This document shows, piece after piece, positions 20,366 through 30,933 of a stretch of DNA of 64,000 nt. Under the pieces are notes generated by a model. That model was not told where the DNA came from. It was given only the letters and a program-made list of their open reading frames with translations, and searched no databases. Source of the DNA: Verrucomicrobiota bacterium (GTDB lineage Bacteria; Verrucomicrobiota; Verrucomicrobiia; Limisphaerales; UBA11358); the NCBI GenBank assembly GCA_049511835.1, contig JBEKXN010000013.1:1058-65057 (forward strand). Direction: 5' to 3'. Position numbers and translations under genes: made by a program. The first letter of the stretch is position 1, and the number at the start of each line of letters is the position of its first letter.

Positions 20366-21907
20366 TTAAGGGTTCCCCCCCGTTATGCTCGTCCGGTAAA
20401 ACTGCATCGAGCCCGGCGCGTTGGTGTCAATAAATTGAATCAACCCCGTCCCGTCCGCCGCCACCGGCCCCGACACATCGCTCCAAGGCCCAGTCACCGC
20501 CGGTGCCGACTGGATGATGTAATTCCGCCCCGGGACCCCCGCAAACTCCAACTGACAATTCGTCGGCGTCAACTGCAGCGATATCATATTCAGCGTCTGC
20601 GCCCCACTGGCCGCCACCGTCACCACCACCGTGCCCGGCGCCGAGCCGCCGTACCCATCGCTCAACGTGTAGCTGAAAGCGTCCTGCCCGCTGTAGCCTC
20701 CCGGCGGCGTATAGGTAACCAGATTCCCATCCCACGAAACCGTGCCCCCCTGCGTGCTGTCGCTGCTCACCCCCGTCACGGCCAACGCGTATCCCATGTT
20801 GTCGCTGGATCCCGCCAGCAGCTTGACCCCCGGCATGCTCACCGCCTGGTCTTGCACCGTGCCCAGCGCCTGTGTAGCCGCCACCACCACGATCCCAGTC
20901 GACATTATTACGTTGCCGCCGTTGGGCACCACGTCGAACATGAGGAAATTGGTCGAGCTGACGGTAACGAGTTGCGCGCTTATGGGCTGATTATTCTGTG
21001 AAACAACGGCGGCCGGCCAACCGGTCGGCAGCGGCCGGCGCAGCGTGATTGGATAGTTATAAATCGAGTTATTGAGACTATTGGTCACCTGAATGGTAAT
21101 GCTATTCCCCGTGTTGGACGTCTCGGCAACCGATGACGCATTGCGCTCCTTTATGTAACGAACGACGTTGCCGAACGTTTCCACCCAGAATTTGGCCGGG
21201 TTGGCTTTCATGTAGTTGACGCTGGCCAGCAACACTGTGCTCGACAGCGGCGAATAGCCGTTGTCATTATCAATCGCATGAATCAGAAAGACGCACCATT
21301 GACTTGCCGTTGTGGCACTATTCGCCTCGTTATTAAAATTCGCAGAAGTTTGTATTGTTCCCTGCGAACCGCAGATAAACGAACTGATACTCATGAAATC
21401 GCCGGGCGTGCTGGAAACCAATGCACCCGAGCAGATTCGCGCGGCAATATAGTATTGCGAGGTGATCGTTTCGTTGGGAAGCGTGCAATAAGGATAGGCC
21501 AAAGTAAGACATTCCTGATTAGTTACGTTCGCGTTAATGGTACTTTGAGAACTACTCAGTTCGTTTGTCAGTTGCACCGCTGACACCACGGTAAGGTCGA
21601 CATGCGTCACGGTATGGCTGGCGATTTCATCACCCCATGCCGCGGCCTGCTGCACCTGCGACCACGATATATCATGGCCAAAAGCAATTTCGGGGTCTGT
21701 AACCGTGCACAGCGTCAGTTTGAAACCATTGGTGTGGAACATCGGGACCGCAATGGCATACTGATTCGGACAATCGTCATCGAACGTATAGGAAACCGCT
21801 GCTTTTCGGAATCCCTCCCACGTTCCGATCTGGTACGGAGCGGCAACCGATCCGGCCAGGCTGACCGAAGCGGTCAATGCCGTAATTAAGAAAAACCCAA
21901 CTCCCAT
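20366..21907 (-). CDS. secreted polysaccharide deacetylase paralogue with an extra Ig/cadherin-like domain and FYR module
   Basis: Same NodB motifs as 18106..19362, plus …DAFSYTLSDGYGGSAPGTVVVTV…. Ends …MQFYRTSITGGNP. Start set at MGVGFFLITAL. Confidence 0.8.
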   Translation of the reverse strand: MGVGFFLITALTASVSLAGSVAAPYQIGTWEGFRKAAVSYTFDDDCPNQYAIAVPMFHTNGFKLTLCTVTDPEIAFGHDISWSQVQQAAAWGDEIASHTVTHVDLTVVSAVQLTNELSSSQSTINANVTNQECLTLAYPYCTLPNETITSQYYIAARICSGALVSSTPGDFMSISSFICGSQGTIQTSANFNNEANSATTASQWCVFLIHAIDNDNGYSPLSSTVLLASVNYMKANPAKFWVETFGNVVRYIKERNASSVAETSNTGNSITIQVTNSLNNSIYNYPITLRRPLPTGWPAAVVSQNNQPISAQLVTVSSTNFLMFDVVPNGGNVIMSTGIVVVAATQALGTVQDQAVSMPGVKLLAGSSDNMGYALAVTGVSSDSTQGGTVSWDGNLVTYTPPGGYSGQDAFSYTLSDGYGGSAPGTVVVTVAASGAQTLNMISLQLTPTNCQLEFAGVPGRNYIIQSAPAVTGPWSDVSGPVAADGTGLIQFIDTNAPGSMQFYRTSITGGNP

Positions 21908-22369
21908 TTTCAATAACGTACATTCCCGATTGGTTTTTTGGGGGGAAGGTGCTACCGGCAACATATTCATATCGATATCGGCTTGCATGATAAGCCTTGC
22001 GGGTGTTGAGGTCAAGCGAAAAGCCTGGTGAAAACCGAAGGAATTAATAGCGATTTTGATGCGGAATTTCCGGGAAGCGATAGCGGTGGTTTATCAGACG
22101 CGAATATGGTTTGGGTCGTCGCTGCCGGCTGTCTCAAGAGCTGGCGACGCTGCCGTGTGAAACGGAAAATCGGTATATCCCTTGGCCCCCGGCGCCGATC
22201 AGACCTTCGTGTCGACGGGCGGATTAATCAAGCTGGACACGAAAGGCAGGGCGTGTCACTCCCGTGCGCGCCGGCTTCTATACCGCGAATCACGTTGAAC
22301 CCGCGAAACGAATTGGCGGCAAAAAAAGCAGCAGCCGACGTGAGGAGGCGCTTCCGGCGCGCGCTGTGA

Positions 22370-25096
22370 TTACGGCGCGAAGGTGCGATAGAACCGTTGT
22401 CCGCTGTTCGTCGCCTGCGGATCGGTGAACTGGAATTGGCCGGGTGAAGTTTCCAAGACCCCACCCAGCGCCGTCCACTGGCTCAACGGCAACACCAGAT
22501 TCGTGGTCGTCAGCACGCCGAACAATGCTCCCACACTGTTCGTGAACGCAAACTGGAACCCATTGGTCAGTTTTTGCTGACCCGTCAGGGTGGGCGTGGT
22601 CGGGACCGGAACGCTGATATTGACGACGCTGCTGGTGCTTTGGATGCCGTTGACGAACACGGTGGCCAGCGCCCAACCGGGCGGGAAATTCCAAACCGGC
22701 AATGATGTGAATGAATTCGTGGACCAGTTCGTCGTCAGCAGGAAAACGGTCTGTTCGTTTCCGAGGCTGCGCAATTGCACCAGCGGATAATCGGTGGACG
22801 AATCCTGAGAATTGCCGCTTGAACCCCCGGAGACGCCGCGGAACTGCGCGCCAGTGATGACCAAATTGTCGCCAAGATTCAGCGGCAAGGTGAGTGAAGC
22901 TATCTGCGGCTGCCAGGAATTGGTGAAGCCCAAGCCGACATCATATAGTTCGGCACTGTCGATCTCACTGTCGATCGAATTGCCACTCGCTACAAGTATC
23001 CTGCCATCAGACAGCAACGTTGCCGTGTGATCATGGCGTGCAACGTTGAGGGAACCGTTCGTTGTCCAGGTCCCGCCGGCTGGATCGTACAATTCGGTGC
23101 TGGCCAGAACGTTTTCGTCATTGTCGCGGCCGGCCGCGACCAGCACCTTGCCGTTGGGGAGCAACGTTGCCGTGTGACCATATCGTGCAGTGGTTAACGA
23201 GCCGGTCGTCGTCCATGTTCCGCTGACAGGATCGTACAGCTCCGCTCTGGAAAGAAGGCTGTTGGTGCCCAAGCCCCCGGTAATCAGCACCTTGCCATTC
23301 GGCAGCAACGTCGCCGTGTGGGATGCACGCCGCGTGTTCAGCGCCCCGGTTGTTGTCCAGGTTCCGCTTGCCGGGTCGTACAGCTCGGCATTGACGGGAG
23401 CGCCTTGGCCCATGTTACCAGACCCCCCCGCGACGAGCACTTTGCCATTGGGCAGCAACGTCGCCGTGTGACCAGTGCGTGCGTTGTTCATGGGGCCGGT
23501 GGCTGTCCAGGTTCCGCTTATCGGGTCATACAGCTCGGCGGAGTTCAGGACGCCCTTGAAAAACATGCCTCCCGCGATCAGCACCTTGCCATTGGGCAGC
23601 AACGTCGCCGTGTGACCAGCGCGCCTTTCGAGCGGCGAGCCGGTCGTTGAAAAGATTCCGGCGGTTGGATCATACAGTTCGGCAACGGCAAGATCGGAGA
23701 TGTAGGATGTCGCGACTACCAGCACCTTGCCATTGGACAGCAACGTTGCCGTATGGCCATTATGGTATGTATTGAACGAACCCGTGTTTGTCCAGGTTCC
23801 GCTTGCCGGGTCATACAATTCGGCGCTTAAGAGCATACTCATGCCGCTACTATCCCAGCCCCCCGCGACCAGCACTTGCCCATTGGGGAGCAATGTGGCC
23901 GTGTGACCCTCACGCGCGGTGTTCAGCGCGCCGGTGTTCGTCCACGTTCCGGTGGCCGGATTGATGGTCGGGTCGTAAATCTCCGTGCTGGAAAGATAGA
24001 CAAAGTTGGTGGTAACGCCTCCCACGACCAGCACTTGCCCGCCGGGCAATAACGTTGCGGTGTGGGATCTACGGGCGAAGGTCAGCGTATTGGTGGCAGT
24101 CCATGTGCCGCTGATTGGATTATACAATTCCGCGTTGGAAAGATAGCCGCTGTTGCCAAATCCACCCGCGATCAACAACCACCCGCTTGGCAGCAGCGTT
24201 GCTGTGTGTTCATTGCGTGCGGTGTTCAACGAGCCAGTCGGCGTCCAAGTTCCAGAGGTAGAATCGAACAGTTCCGCACTGGAAAGATGATCGTCGGAAC
24301 CGCTATCACCACCCGCGACCAATACCTTTCCGTTGGGCAACAAAGTAGCCGTATGATAGAAGCGCGGGCTGGTCAGTGAATTCGTGGCTGTCCAGATTTC
24401 GGAAGTCGGGTCAAAAAGCTCTGCGCTGGCAAGTGAACCGGTATTATTACAGCCTCCCGCGGCCAGTATCTTGCCGTCGAGCAATAAAGTGGCCGTGTGA
24501 AGAGCCCGGCCAACGTTGAGGTTGTTGGTGATTATCCGCCACGTTCCCGTGTCTGGGTCATAAATTTCCGTACTATCAAGATAGGCCGTACCGTGAAGGG
24601 TATCCTCGTAGTAACCACCGGTGACGAGCACCTTGCCATCTACTAGCAACGTTGCCGTATGAATACAGCGCTGGGCGTGCATTGCACCCGTCCCCGTCCA
24701 AGTTCCGGTGGCAGGATCGTACAGTTCTGCGCTGGCAAGATAGCTGTGGCTGGGTGGTTTGCCAGTCACGCCTCCGGCTACCAGTACCTTACCGTTGCGC
24801 AGCAAGGTAGCCGTGTGCTCAAAGCGCGCGGTGATAAGCGGGCCGGTCACGGCCCAGGTTCTGGTTGCCGGATCATACAGTTCCGCAGTGTTGGTGGCGG
24901 CGCCATTGATTTGACCACCCGCGACCAACACCTTGCCATTGGACAGCAAGGTCACCGTATGAAACACACGTCCGATGGCCATCGGGCTGTTGGTAACCCA
25001 GGAAGCGGCACGGGCCGGTTGGTTGATGCTGAGGTTAAGCGCCAGCGCGGACAGCGCCAGTGCGAGCGGGAGAATGTTGTGGTGTCGAGTTTTCAT
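22370..25096 (-). CDS. secreted Kelch-repeat protein (14 blades) with C-terminal FYR module
   Basis: Fourteen HTATLLPNGKVLVAGG-type units each followed by AELYDP..GTWT. Signal peptide MKTRHHNILPLALALSALA. Ends …QRFYRTFAP. Confidence 0.9.
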   Translation of the reverse strand: MKTRHHNILPLALALSALALNLSINQPARAASWVTNSPMAIGRVFHTVTLLSNGKVLVAGGQINGAATNTAELYDPATRTWAVTGPLITARFEHTATLLRNGKVLVAGGVTGKPPSHSYLASAELYDPATGTWTGTGAMHAQRCIHTATLLVDGKVLVTGGYYEDTLHGTAYLDSTEIYDPDTGTWRIITNNLNVGRALHTATLLLDGKILAAGGCNNTGSLASAELFDPTSEIWTATNSLTSPRFYHTATLLPNGKVLVAGGDSGSDDHLSSAELFDSTSGTWTPTGSLNTARNEHTATLLPSGWLLIAGGFGNSGYLSNAELYNPISGTWTATNTLTFARRSHTATLLPGGQVLVVGGVTTNFVYLSSTEIYDPTINPATGTWTNTGALNTAREGHTATLLPNGQVLVAGGWDSSGMSMLLSAELYDPASGTWTNTGSFNTYHNGHTATLLSNGKVLVVATSYISDLAVAELYDPTAGIFSTTGSPLERRAGHTATLLPNGKVLIAGGMFFKGVLNSAELYDPISGTWTATGPMNNARTGHTATLLPNGKVLVAGGSGNMGQGAPVNAELYDPASGTWTTTGALNTRRASHTATLLPNGKVLITGGLGTNSLLSRAELYDPVSGTWTTTGSLTTARYGHTATLLPNGKVLVAAGRDNDENVLASTELYDPAGGTWTTNGSLNVARHDHTATLLSDGRILVASGNSIDSEIDSAELYDVGLGFTNSWQPQIASLTLPLNLGDNLVITGAQFRGVSGGSSGNSQDSSTDYPLVQLRSLGNEQTVFLLTTNWSTNSFTSLPVWNFPPGWALATVFVNGIQSTSSVVNISVPVPTTPTLTGQQKLTNGFQFAFTNSVGALFGVLTTTNLVLPLSQWTALGGVLETSPGQFQFTDPQATNSGQRFYRTFAP

Positions 25097-25334
25097 AGGG
25101 CGGCTTGTGCCGAATGCGGAATGCGTTTCGATCCGAGAGCAAACTGAATCTGCGAACGCCCTCATACATTGGTCATGGTAACTGCCGGCGGCATAAAAAT
25201 CACGTCAAATGATGTTTGATGACAATGATATTAGGCAGGCCGTTGCTCGAAATTATTTGAAATAATGGCGGCGGTCTGCCGACGCGCCGCTACGCTGTCT
25301 CCGGCTTGCCGCGCCGGAGCATTGCGAAGGCGGG

Positions 25335-27239
25335 TCACTTCAATGGTGCGCGTTTTTGTTGTCGCAACTCCTGCTGTTGGCGCAGCAACTCCATGCGGTC
25401 GGTTTCGGAAGTTTCCGGCTGGCTCGCGCGCTGGATGGACGCGGCGATTTGACGATCCAGAAATTGGTTCCGCAGGCGCAGCACCACGTCGCCCAGTTGC
25501 TGGTCGGGATTGGGAATTTTGCGATCTTCGGCGACGGCTTCGGTGACGAGACCCCGCATTCCGGGCGATTCGCACTCATCCAAAAACGCAGCCAGGCTTT
25601 GCCAGGTTTCATTCGTCTGCGCGGCCAGCCGCTTTTCGACAATCTGCCGGACCAGTGGATGGGAAATCCAATTTACGTCCAGATGCAACGCGGCCCAGGC
25701 AACCAAATCGTCGTGCAGCAACAAAAGTTTCAGCAGCCAGAATTCCTGAGTGGACGGACGCAGTGTTTCGGCTTCCGGCTCGATTGACGCTGAATCTTCG
25801 TTTTCCGAACTCCGGACTCTGGACTCCGGACTCCGAACTTTTGCAAATTCGGCGCGCACGGCTTCGGGCGAAACGCCCAGTCGCAACGCGGTTTTCTGCG
25901 CGTATTTGTCCACCAGTACGTTGTTGCCGGTCTTGTGGACGGCCTCGGCCATGCCGCGCAAAATGGCGTTTCGACCTTTGTCAGTGTTTGCGTCATCCAG
26001 CTTGCAGAGCCGGTTTAAATAGTAATCAAAAAATCCTTCGGCATTTTCAACGAGCCGGCGGAACGCTTCGCCGCCATTGGCCTTGATGAAACTGTCCGGG
26101 TCGTGCGGCGCGGGCACCACGGCGACGCGCACGGCCAGTCCGGACGCCAGCAGATGGTCGAGTGAGCGCACGGCGGCGTTTTGTCCGGCTTCATCGGAAT
26201 CGAAACAGAGCACCACCTCGTCTACGTAACGTTTGATGATGCGTGCGTGATCGGCGGTGAACGCGGTACCTTGCGGCGCGACGACGTTTTGGACTCCGCC
26301 CATGAAACAGGCGATTAAATCAAGCTGGCCTTCGCAGACGACGGCAAATCCGGCGTCGAGGATGGCGCGTTTGGATTTGTCGAGGCCGAAGAAGACCCGG
26401 CTTTTGGTGAAAATGGGCGTCTCCGGCGAGTTGACGTATTTGGCCGTTTTTTCATCGCCGGACAACACACGACCACTGAAGCCAATCACCCGGCCCTGTT
26501 CGTCGCAGATTGGAAATATGAGCCGTCCGCGAAAGCGGTCGTAGTAGTTTCGGGTCTGGGATTGGGGAGCACGCGCGCCCTCGCGTGTTGCCGACGACGC
26601 CTCGTCGTCGGCCTTTGCGGTTGACGAGACGTCAACCGCTGCACCCGAGACGGGCGCGCTACCCGACTTCCGGATGATGAGCCCGGCCTTTTCGACGAGG
26701 GCGAGGTCGTGGCTTTTGCTTTTGGCCCAGTTGACGGTGTCGTCCCAGGCCTCCGGCGCGTAGCCGAGCCGAAAGAGTTTCACCGCTTCCGGCGACACGC
26801 CGCGTTTGGTCAGATAATCGCGGGCGATCTGGCCGCCGGCTTCATTGAGCAGCGCGTTTTGCCAGCGTTGCGTGATTTGCTCGTGGAGCTGGAGCAACTG
26901 GTCCTTGAGGTGGCGCGATTGCTGTTCGCCGGGGGTCTGGTCGAATTCCAGGGGAATTTTCGCGCGTTCGGCCAGCCGGCGGACGGCGTCCATGAACCCG
27001 ATGTTTTCGTATTCCTTGACGAAGGTGAACACATCGCCGCCCTTGTGGCAGCCGAAGCAGTGAAAAATCTGGCGGTGCGGATTGACGTTGAAGCTGGGCG
27101 TCTTTTCCTTGTGAAAGGGGCAGAGGGCGACGAAGTTGGCGCCCGCCTTTTTCAGCGGCAGATACGAGCCGATGATGTCCACGATGTCGCTGGCGGCGCG
27201 GATGCGTTCGCGGGTTGCGGGGGAAAGCGTGCCAGCCAT
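25335..27239 (-). CDS. dnaG: DNA primase
   Basis: Zinc finger (CPFHKEKTPSF…FHCFGCHKGGD), TOPRIM domain (VVCEGQLD…CFDSDEAG) and a DnaB-binding C-terminus. ATG at 27239; an alternative TTG lies at 27260. Confidence 0.95.
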   Translation of the reverse strand: MAGTLSPATRERIRAASDIVDIIGSYLPLKKAGANFVALCPFHKEKTPSFNVNPHRQIFHCFGCHKGGDVFTFVKEYENIGFMDAVRRLAERAKIPLEFDQTPGEQQSRHLKDQLLQLHEQITQRWQNALLNEAGGQIARDYLTKRGVSPEAVKLFRLGYAPEAWDDTVNWAKSKSHDLALVEKAGLIIRKSGSAPVSGAAVDVSSTAKADDEASSATREGARAPQSQTRNYYDRFRGRLIFPICDEQGRVIGFSGRVLSGDEKTAKYVNSPETPIFTKSRVFFGLDKSKRAILDAGFAVVCEGQLDLIACFMGGVQNVVAPQGTAFTADHARIIKRYVDEVVLCFDSDEAGQNAAVRSLDHLLASGLAVRVAVVPAPHDPDSFIKANGGEAFRRLVENAEGFFDYYLNRLCKLDDANTDKGRNAILRGMAEAVHKTGNNVLVDKYAQKTALRLGVSPEAVRAEFAKVRSPESRVRSSENEDSASIEPEAETLRPSTQEFWLLKLLLLHDDLVAWAALHLDVNWISHPLVRQIVEKRLAAQTNETWQSLAAFLDECESPGMRGLVTEAVAEDRKIPNPDQQLGDVVLRLRNQFLDRQIAASIQRASQPETSETDRMELLRQQQELRQQKRAPLK

Positions 27240-27260
27240 GCTCGTTTGGCGACGCGACAA

Positions 27261-27905
27261 TTACTTCTTGATGTTAATCACCGCCGGTTTTGGCTCCGGC
27301 TTGGCGGCCGGCGGCGGAGCGGTTTCGATCAGCAGCGGGCCCAGGTAATCCTTGATGTAAGGCCCGGTGAAGGATTTGGTGAAGACCTCCTCCTGCACGG
27401 TGTGCAAACTGGGGAAATAGTTGCCGCTATACAATCCGCCGCCGAACCAACGTTTCACGTAGGCGTCGTGTTTTTTAATATCCTGCATCGTGTAGACAGG
27501 CGCGTTCAGCAAAGCCAGCACGGCCAGCAGCATGCAGGCAAACCGAATCATGCCGGACAACATCCCCAAATAGTATTCGCCACCGCCGAACAAACTTTTA
27601 TCGCCCAAGCGACCGGCCAGAAGCCATTTGAGAAACATAAACACGAGCACAATCACGAACGCCAGAAGCAGATAACCAAAAATGCAACCGGGCAACTGGC
27701 TCAACGAAGCCGTGTTGACCAACAATTGGGCGGCCATGGGATACCAGATCCCGCACACGAGGACCAGCGACACCCATTTCAACAACGGCAGGATTTCCTT
27801 TGACATGCCGTGCTTGCGTCCGCGGAACAATCCGATGATCAACATTCCCACAACCACCGCGTCGAACCAATTGACCGGCAGATTATCGAGAGCCAGGTTT
27901 GGCAT
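27261..27905 (-). CDS. cvpA: CvpA family membrane protein
   Basis: NWFDAVVVGMLIIGLFRGRKHGMSKEIL is a typical CvpA N-terminus. Four TM segments. Confidence 0.85.
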   Translation of the reverse strand: MPNLALDNLPVNWFDAVVVGMLIIGLFRGRKHGMSKEILPLLKWVSLVLVCGIWYPMAAQLLVNTASLSQLPGCIFGYLLLAFVIVLVFMFLKWLLAGRLGDKSLFGGGEYYLGMLSGMIRFACMLLAVLALLNAPVYTMQDIKKHDAYVKRWFGGGLYSGNYFPSLHTVQEEVFTKSFTGPYIKDYLGPLLIETAPPPAAKPEPKPAVINIKK

Positions 27906-28081
27906 TTCCGCACCAATCATAACCATGAGATTAAATTCTCCAATTTAGAACGCCAGTTAAATTATAGCCGGTTTCATGCCAATTTCGGGCTCCCGCCGGC
28001 GTTTGAAAAAATGCGCTGCCGCCAGTGAAATCCTTTGCCGCGGCACAGTTGGCGCGGAGTTTTTCATCCGGCAAACTTCCC

Positions 28082-29851
28082 TCAAGGCGGATTCGACGAA
28101 AGCCAGAACTGAATGTCCGGCGCCTGCGGATTGCGCGGATCCAGCGCCAAAACCTTGTGGTAATGCTGCCGCGCCTGCGCCGGGTCGTACAATTGCTGCG
28201 CGTAAAGATTTCCCAGCGCCAGATGCGCGCGCAGCTCGTCCGGATTTGCCGCCAGAATTTTTTTCAATTCATTCACCGCGTCGGTCACATAACCCGCCGC
28301 CTTGAGCGCCAGCGCGAAATTATAACGCGCGTCCACCGAATCCGGCTGGATCGCCAGCGCCATCTCGTAAGCGGCGAGCGATTGATTGAAGTTCCGCAGC
28401 CGAAAGGCGATGACGCCATAATTATATTGCGCCTCGAACCAGTCCGGATCCAGTTCCGTCGCCTGACGATATGATTGCAACGCGTCCAGCCAGCGCGAAT
28501 TCTGTTCAAACTCCCGCGCCCGGGTGAACGCACCCGATGCCGTCCGCCGGTCGCCCGCCTCCGGTTTGCGCGGCGAAAGATACAAGTAACGCGGAAACGG
28601 CGGCGGCGCGGGCTGAACAATCTTGACCGGCTTCGGCGCAATAACCGGCGCGGGCGCGGATGCCGTTGGCGTTGGGGTGCTGGAATTTGCCGGCGACAAC
28701 GGCGTTACGCCGACACGGTTGTTGTTCGCCACCGGTGGCGGCAGGGGCGTTACTTCATTTTCATTGTTTTTTTCCGGCGCGGAAGAACGAAACCAGTTCA
28801 GCGGATTCAGTTTGTTCAAGCCACCCGTTTTCCCGGTCGCCGGTTCCGGCGGCGTTCCTGCCACGGGCGTCCCGATAATCACCGGTTGCGGCTGGACCTT
28901 CACGATCTGCGCCGGAGTTGTTCCGCGCGGCGGATTTGAACTGGCGCGGACAACCGCCTGCGTTCGTGGCGACCCGGTTGCGCGAACCGCGCTGCCAGCC
29001 GCCGGCATTTTGTTTTCAGTCGTGAATGCGGCGGCTTGATTTTGATTCAACGGTGGCGGGTTCGCCGCCGCGACCGCCGCCGGCGGCTCCAGACTGTTCG
29101 CGATGTCGTTTACCGCGTCCCAATTCGCCGGACGCGGCGTCAGCGCCAGATACGCGCGATAATTTTGCAGCGCCAGCGTGTTGTCGTGCAAATACTGCTG
29201 CGCCACCGTGGCCAGGTTCAGCCAGGCCGGCCCGAAGTCCGGTTTTTCTTTCGTCGCCGCCGCAAAAAATTGTGTCGCCTCATGATGACGCCCGCGTTCG
29301 ACGCGCGCCAACCCCAAACCGTTCAACGCCTCGGCGTTGTTCGGGTTCAGGTAAAGCGCGGTGCTGAAACTTTTTTCCGCCGCAGCCACGTCATGCGATT
29401 GAAGCTGCGCGAGGCCGAGCTTGAGCCAGCCTTCCGGCGCCTTGGGCCGGCGCAACGTGTAGGCGGTGAACTCGCTTTCCGCCGTATCCGGCTTGTTCTG
29501 CTCCAGCCACAAACAACCAAGATTGTAGTGCACCTCCATCAAATCGCGGTCGCGGGTCAGGGCGCATTGATACGCCGTCACCGCATTGGTCGGTTGGCCG
29601 GCATACTGGTACGCCACCCCGAGATAATTCCACGCCTCCGCGTTCGTGGCCAGGAGCGACGTGGCGGTCTTGAATTGCGCCACCGCGCCGGCGTAATCGC
29701 CGCGTTCCAGAAGTTTTTTGCCCTTGAGCAACGCGCGCGGACCGGACGGCGTGCAGCCCGCAATGAACAGGGCAAGCGCGAAAAAGCCGATCGCGCCCCA
29801 TCGCGGCAGGTTTTTTGTGGCCAGCATCGGTGCTGGTGGTAGCATCCACAC
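28082..29851 (-). CDS. TPR-repeat lipoprotein
   Basis: Lipobox …ALALFIAGC, TPR units at both ends, and a Pro/Ala-rich linker. Alternative starts at 29845 and 29827. Confidence 0.8.
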   Translation of the reverse strand: MWMLPPAPMLATKNLPRWGAIGFFALALFIAGCTPSGPRALLKGKKLLERGDYAGAVAQFKTATSLLATNAEAWNYLGVAYQYAGQPTNAVTAYQCALTRDRDLMEVHYNLGCLWLEQNKPDTAESEFTAYTLRRPKAPEGWLKLGLAQLQSHDVAAAEKSFSTALYLNPNNAEALNGLGLARVERGRHHEATQFFAAATKEKPDFGPAWLNLATVAQQYLHDNTLALQNYRAYLALTPRPANWDAVNDIANSLEPPAAVAAANPPPLNQNQAAAFTTENKMPAAGSAVRATGSPRTQAVVRASSNPPRGTTPAQIVKVQPQPVIIGTPVAGTPPEPATGKTGGLNKLNPLNWFRSSAPEKNNENEVTPLPPPVANNNRVGVTPLSPANSSTPTPTASAPAPVIAPKPVKIVQPAPPPFPRYLYLSPRKPEAGDRRTASGAFTRAREFEQNSRWLDALQSYRQATELDPDWFEAQYNYGVIAFRLRNFNQSLAAYEMALAIQPDSVDARYNFALALKAAGYVTDAVNELKKILAANPDELRAHLALGNLYAQQLYDPAQARQHYHKVLALDPRNPQAPDIQFWLSSNPP

Positions 29852-29857
29852 CCAAAA

Positions 29858-30928
29858 GTGTCAAGAAACGCGCAAACTCAATTCGTGCCAGCGGTCCGGC
29901 GGCTGGCCCTGGCGGCGGCCGTCGGACTGGCGTGTTGCCCGGTCCGGGCCGCCGATTCGTTTGCCGGTCATTCCACCAACGTCATTGCACGGGTCGTCAC
30001 CGTTGAAAATGCAAACGCCACTTCTGATTTCCAGCCGGACACCACACGGGTGCAGGTGATGCTGGATCGCGGTCTTACGAATTTTACCGGCCAGGCCACG
30101 GTCGCCGCCGCCTGGCGCAGCCTCATTTCCACACAGGATGTCGTCGGCATCAAGGTTTTCTCCACCGCCGGCATGCTCAGCGGCACGCGGCCCGCCGTTG
30201 TCGCAGCGGTGGTTCACGGGTTGCTCGATGCGGGCGTGCCGGCGCAGCACATCATCATCTGGGACAAGCACAACGACAATTTGCTTGCCGCCGGATTTTT
30301 CAAGCTCGGCGCGCAACTCGGCGTGGGCGTGGCCGGTTGCGTGGAAGCAGGCTACGATCCCACGAACTTTTATCAGCCCGACACCGCCATCATCGGCAAT
30401 CTCGTCTGGGGCGATTTGGAATTCGGCAAAAAGGGCGAAGGCGTCGGGCGAAAATCCTTCGTCTCCCTGCTCGTCAGCCGGCAGATCACCAAGATCATCA
30501 GCATCGCGCCGCTGCTGAACCAGGAATATGCCGGTGTTTGCGGACATCTTTACGGCCTGGCGATGAGCAGCGTGGACAACACGCGGCGTTTTATAGACGA
30601 CCCCGGCCGGCTGGCGGTTGCCGTGCCGGAAATTTACGCCCTGCCCGTGCTGGGCGACCACGTGGTGCTAAACATCACCGATGCGCTCATCGGCCAATAC
30701 GAAGGCGGCTCACATGGTTTGCTCCATTATTCCTCGGTACTGAATCAACTGTGGTTCAGCCGCGACCCCGTGGCGCTCGATACGCTGGCCATCAAGGAAC
30801 TCGACCGCGAACGGCGCGCGCTCGAGGCGCCGGAATTCAAACCGAATCTGGGGCTTTACGCCAACGCCGCCCTGCTCCAGCTTGGCGTGAACGACCCCGC
30901 GAAAATCCAGGTGGAAAAGCTGCGGTGA
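29858..30928 (+). CDS. DUF362 domain protein
   Basis: VGIKVFS…GTRPAVVAAVVHGLLDAGVP…IIIWDK is DUF362-like. Signal and twin-Cys region at the N-terminus. Confidence 0.75.
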   Translation: MSRNAQTQFVPAVRRLALAAAVGLACCPVRAADSFAGHSTNVIARVVTVENANATSDFQPDTTRVQVMLDRGLTNFTGQATVAAAWRSLISTQDVVGIKVFSTAGMLSGTRPAVVAAVVHGLLDAGVPAQHIIIWDKHNDNLLAAGFFKLGAQLGVGVAGCVEAGYDPTNFYQPDTAIIGNLVWGDLEFGKKGEGVGRKSFVSLLVSRQITKIISIAPLLNQEYAGVCGHLYGLAMSSVDNTRRFIDDPGRLAVAVPEIYALPVLGDHVVLNITDALIGQYEGGSHGLLHYSSVLNQLWFSRDPVALDTLAIKELDRERRALEAPEFKPNLGLYANAALLQLGVNDPAKIQVEKLR

Positions 30929-30933
30929 CTGGA

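Noticed and set aside
26709-27803. 364-aa ORF on the + strand
   Set aside because: It lies entirely antisense to dnaG and cvpA, which have unmistakable motifs. Its Arg/Gly/Ala-rich composition is typical of shadow ORFs in high-GC DNA.
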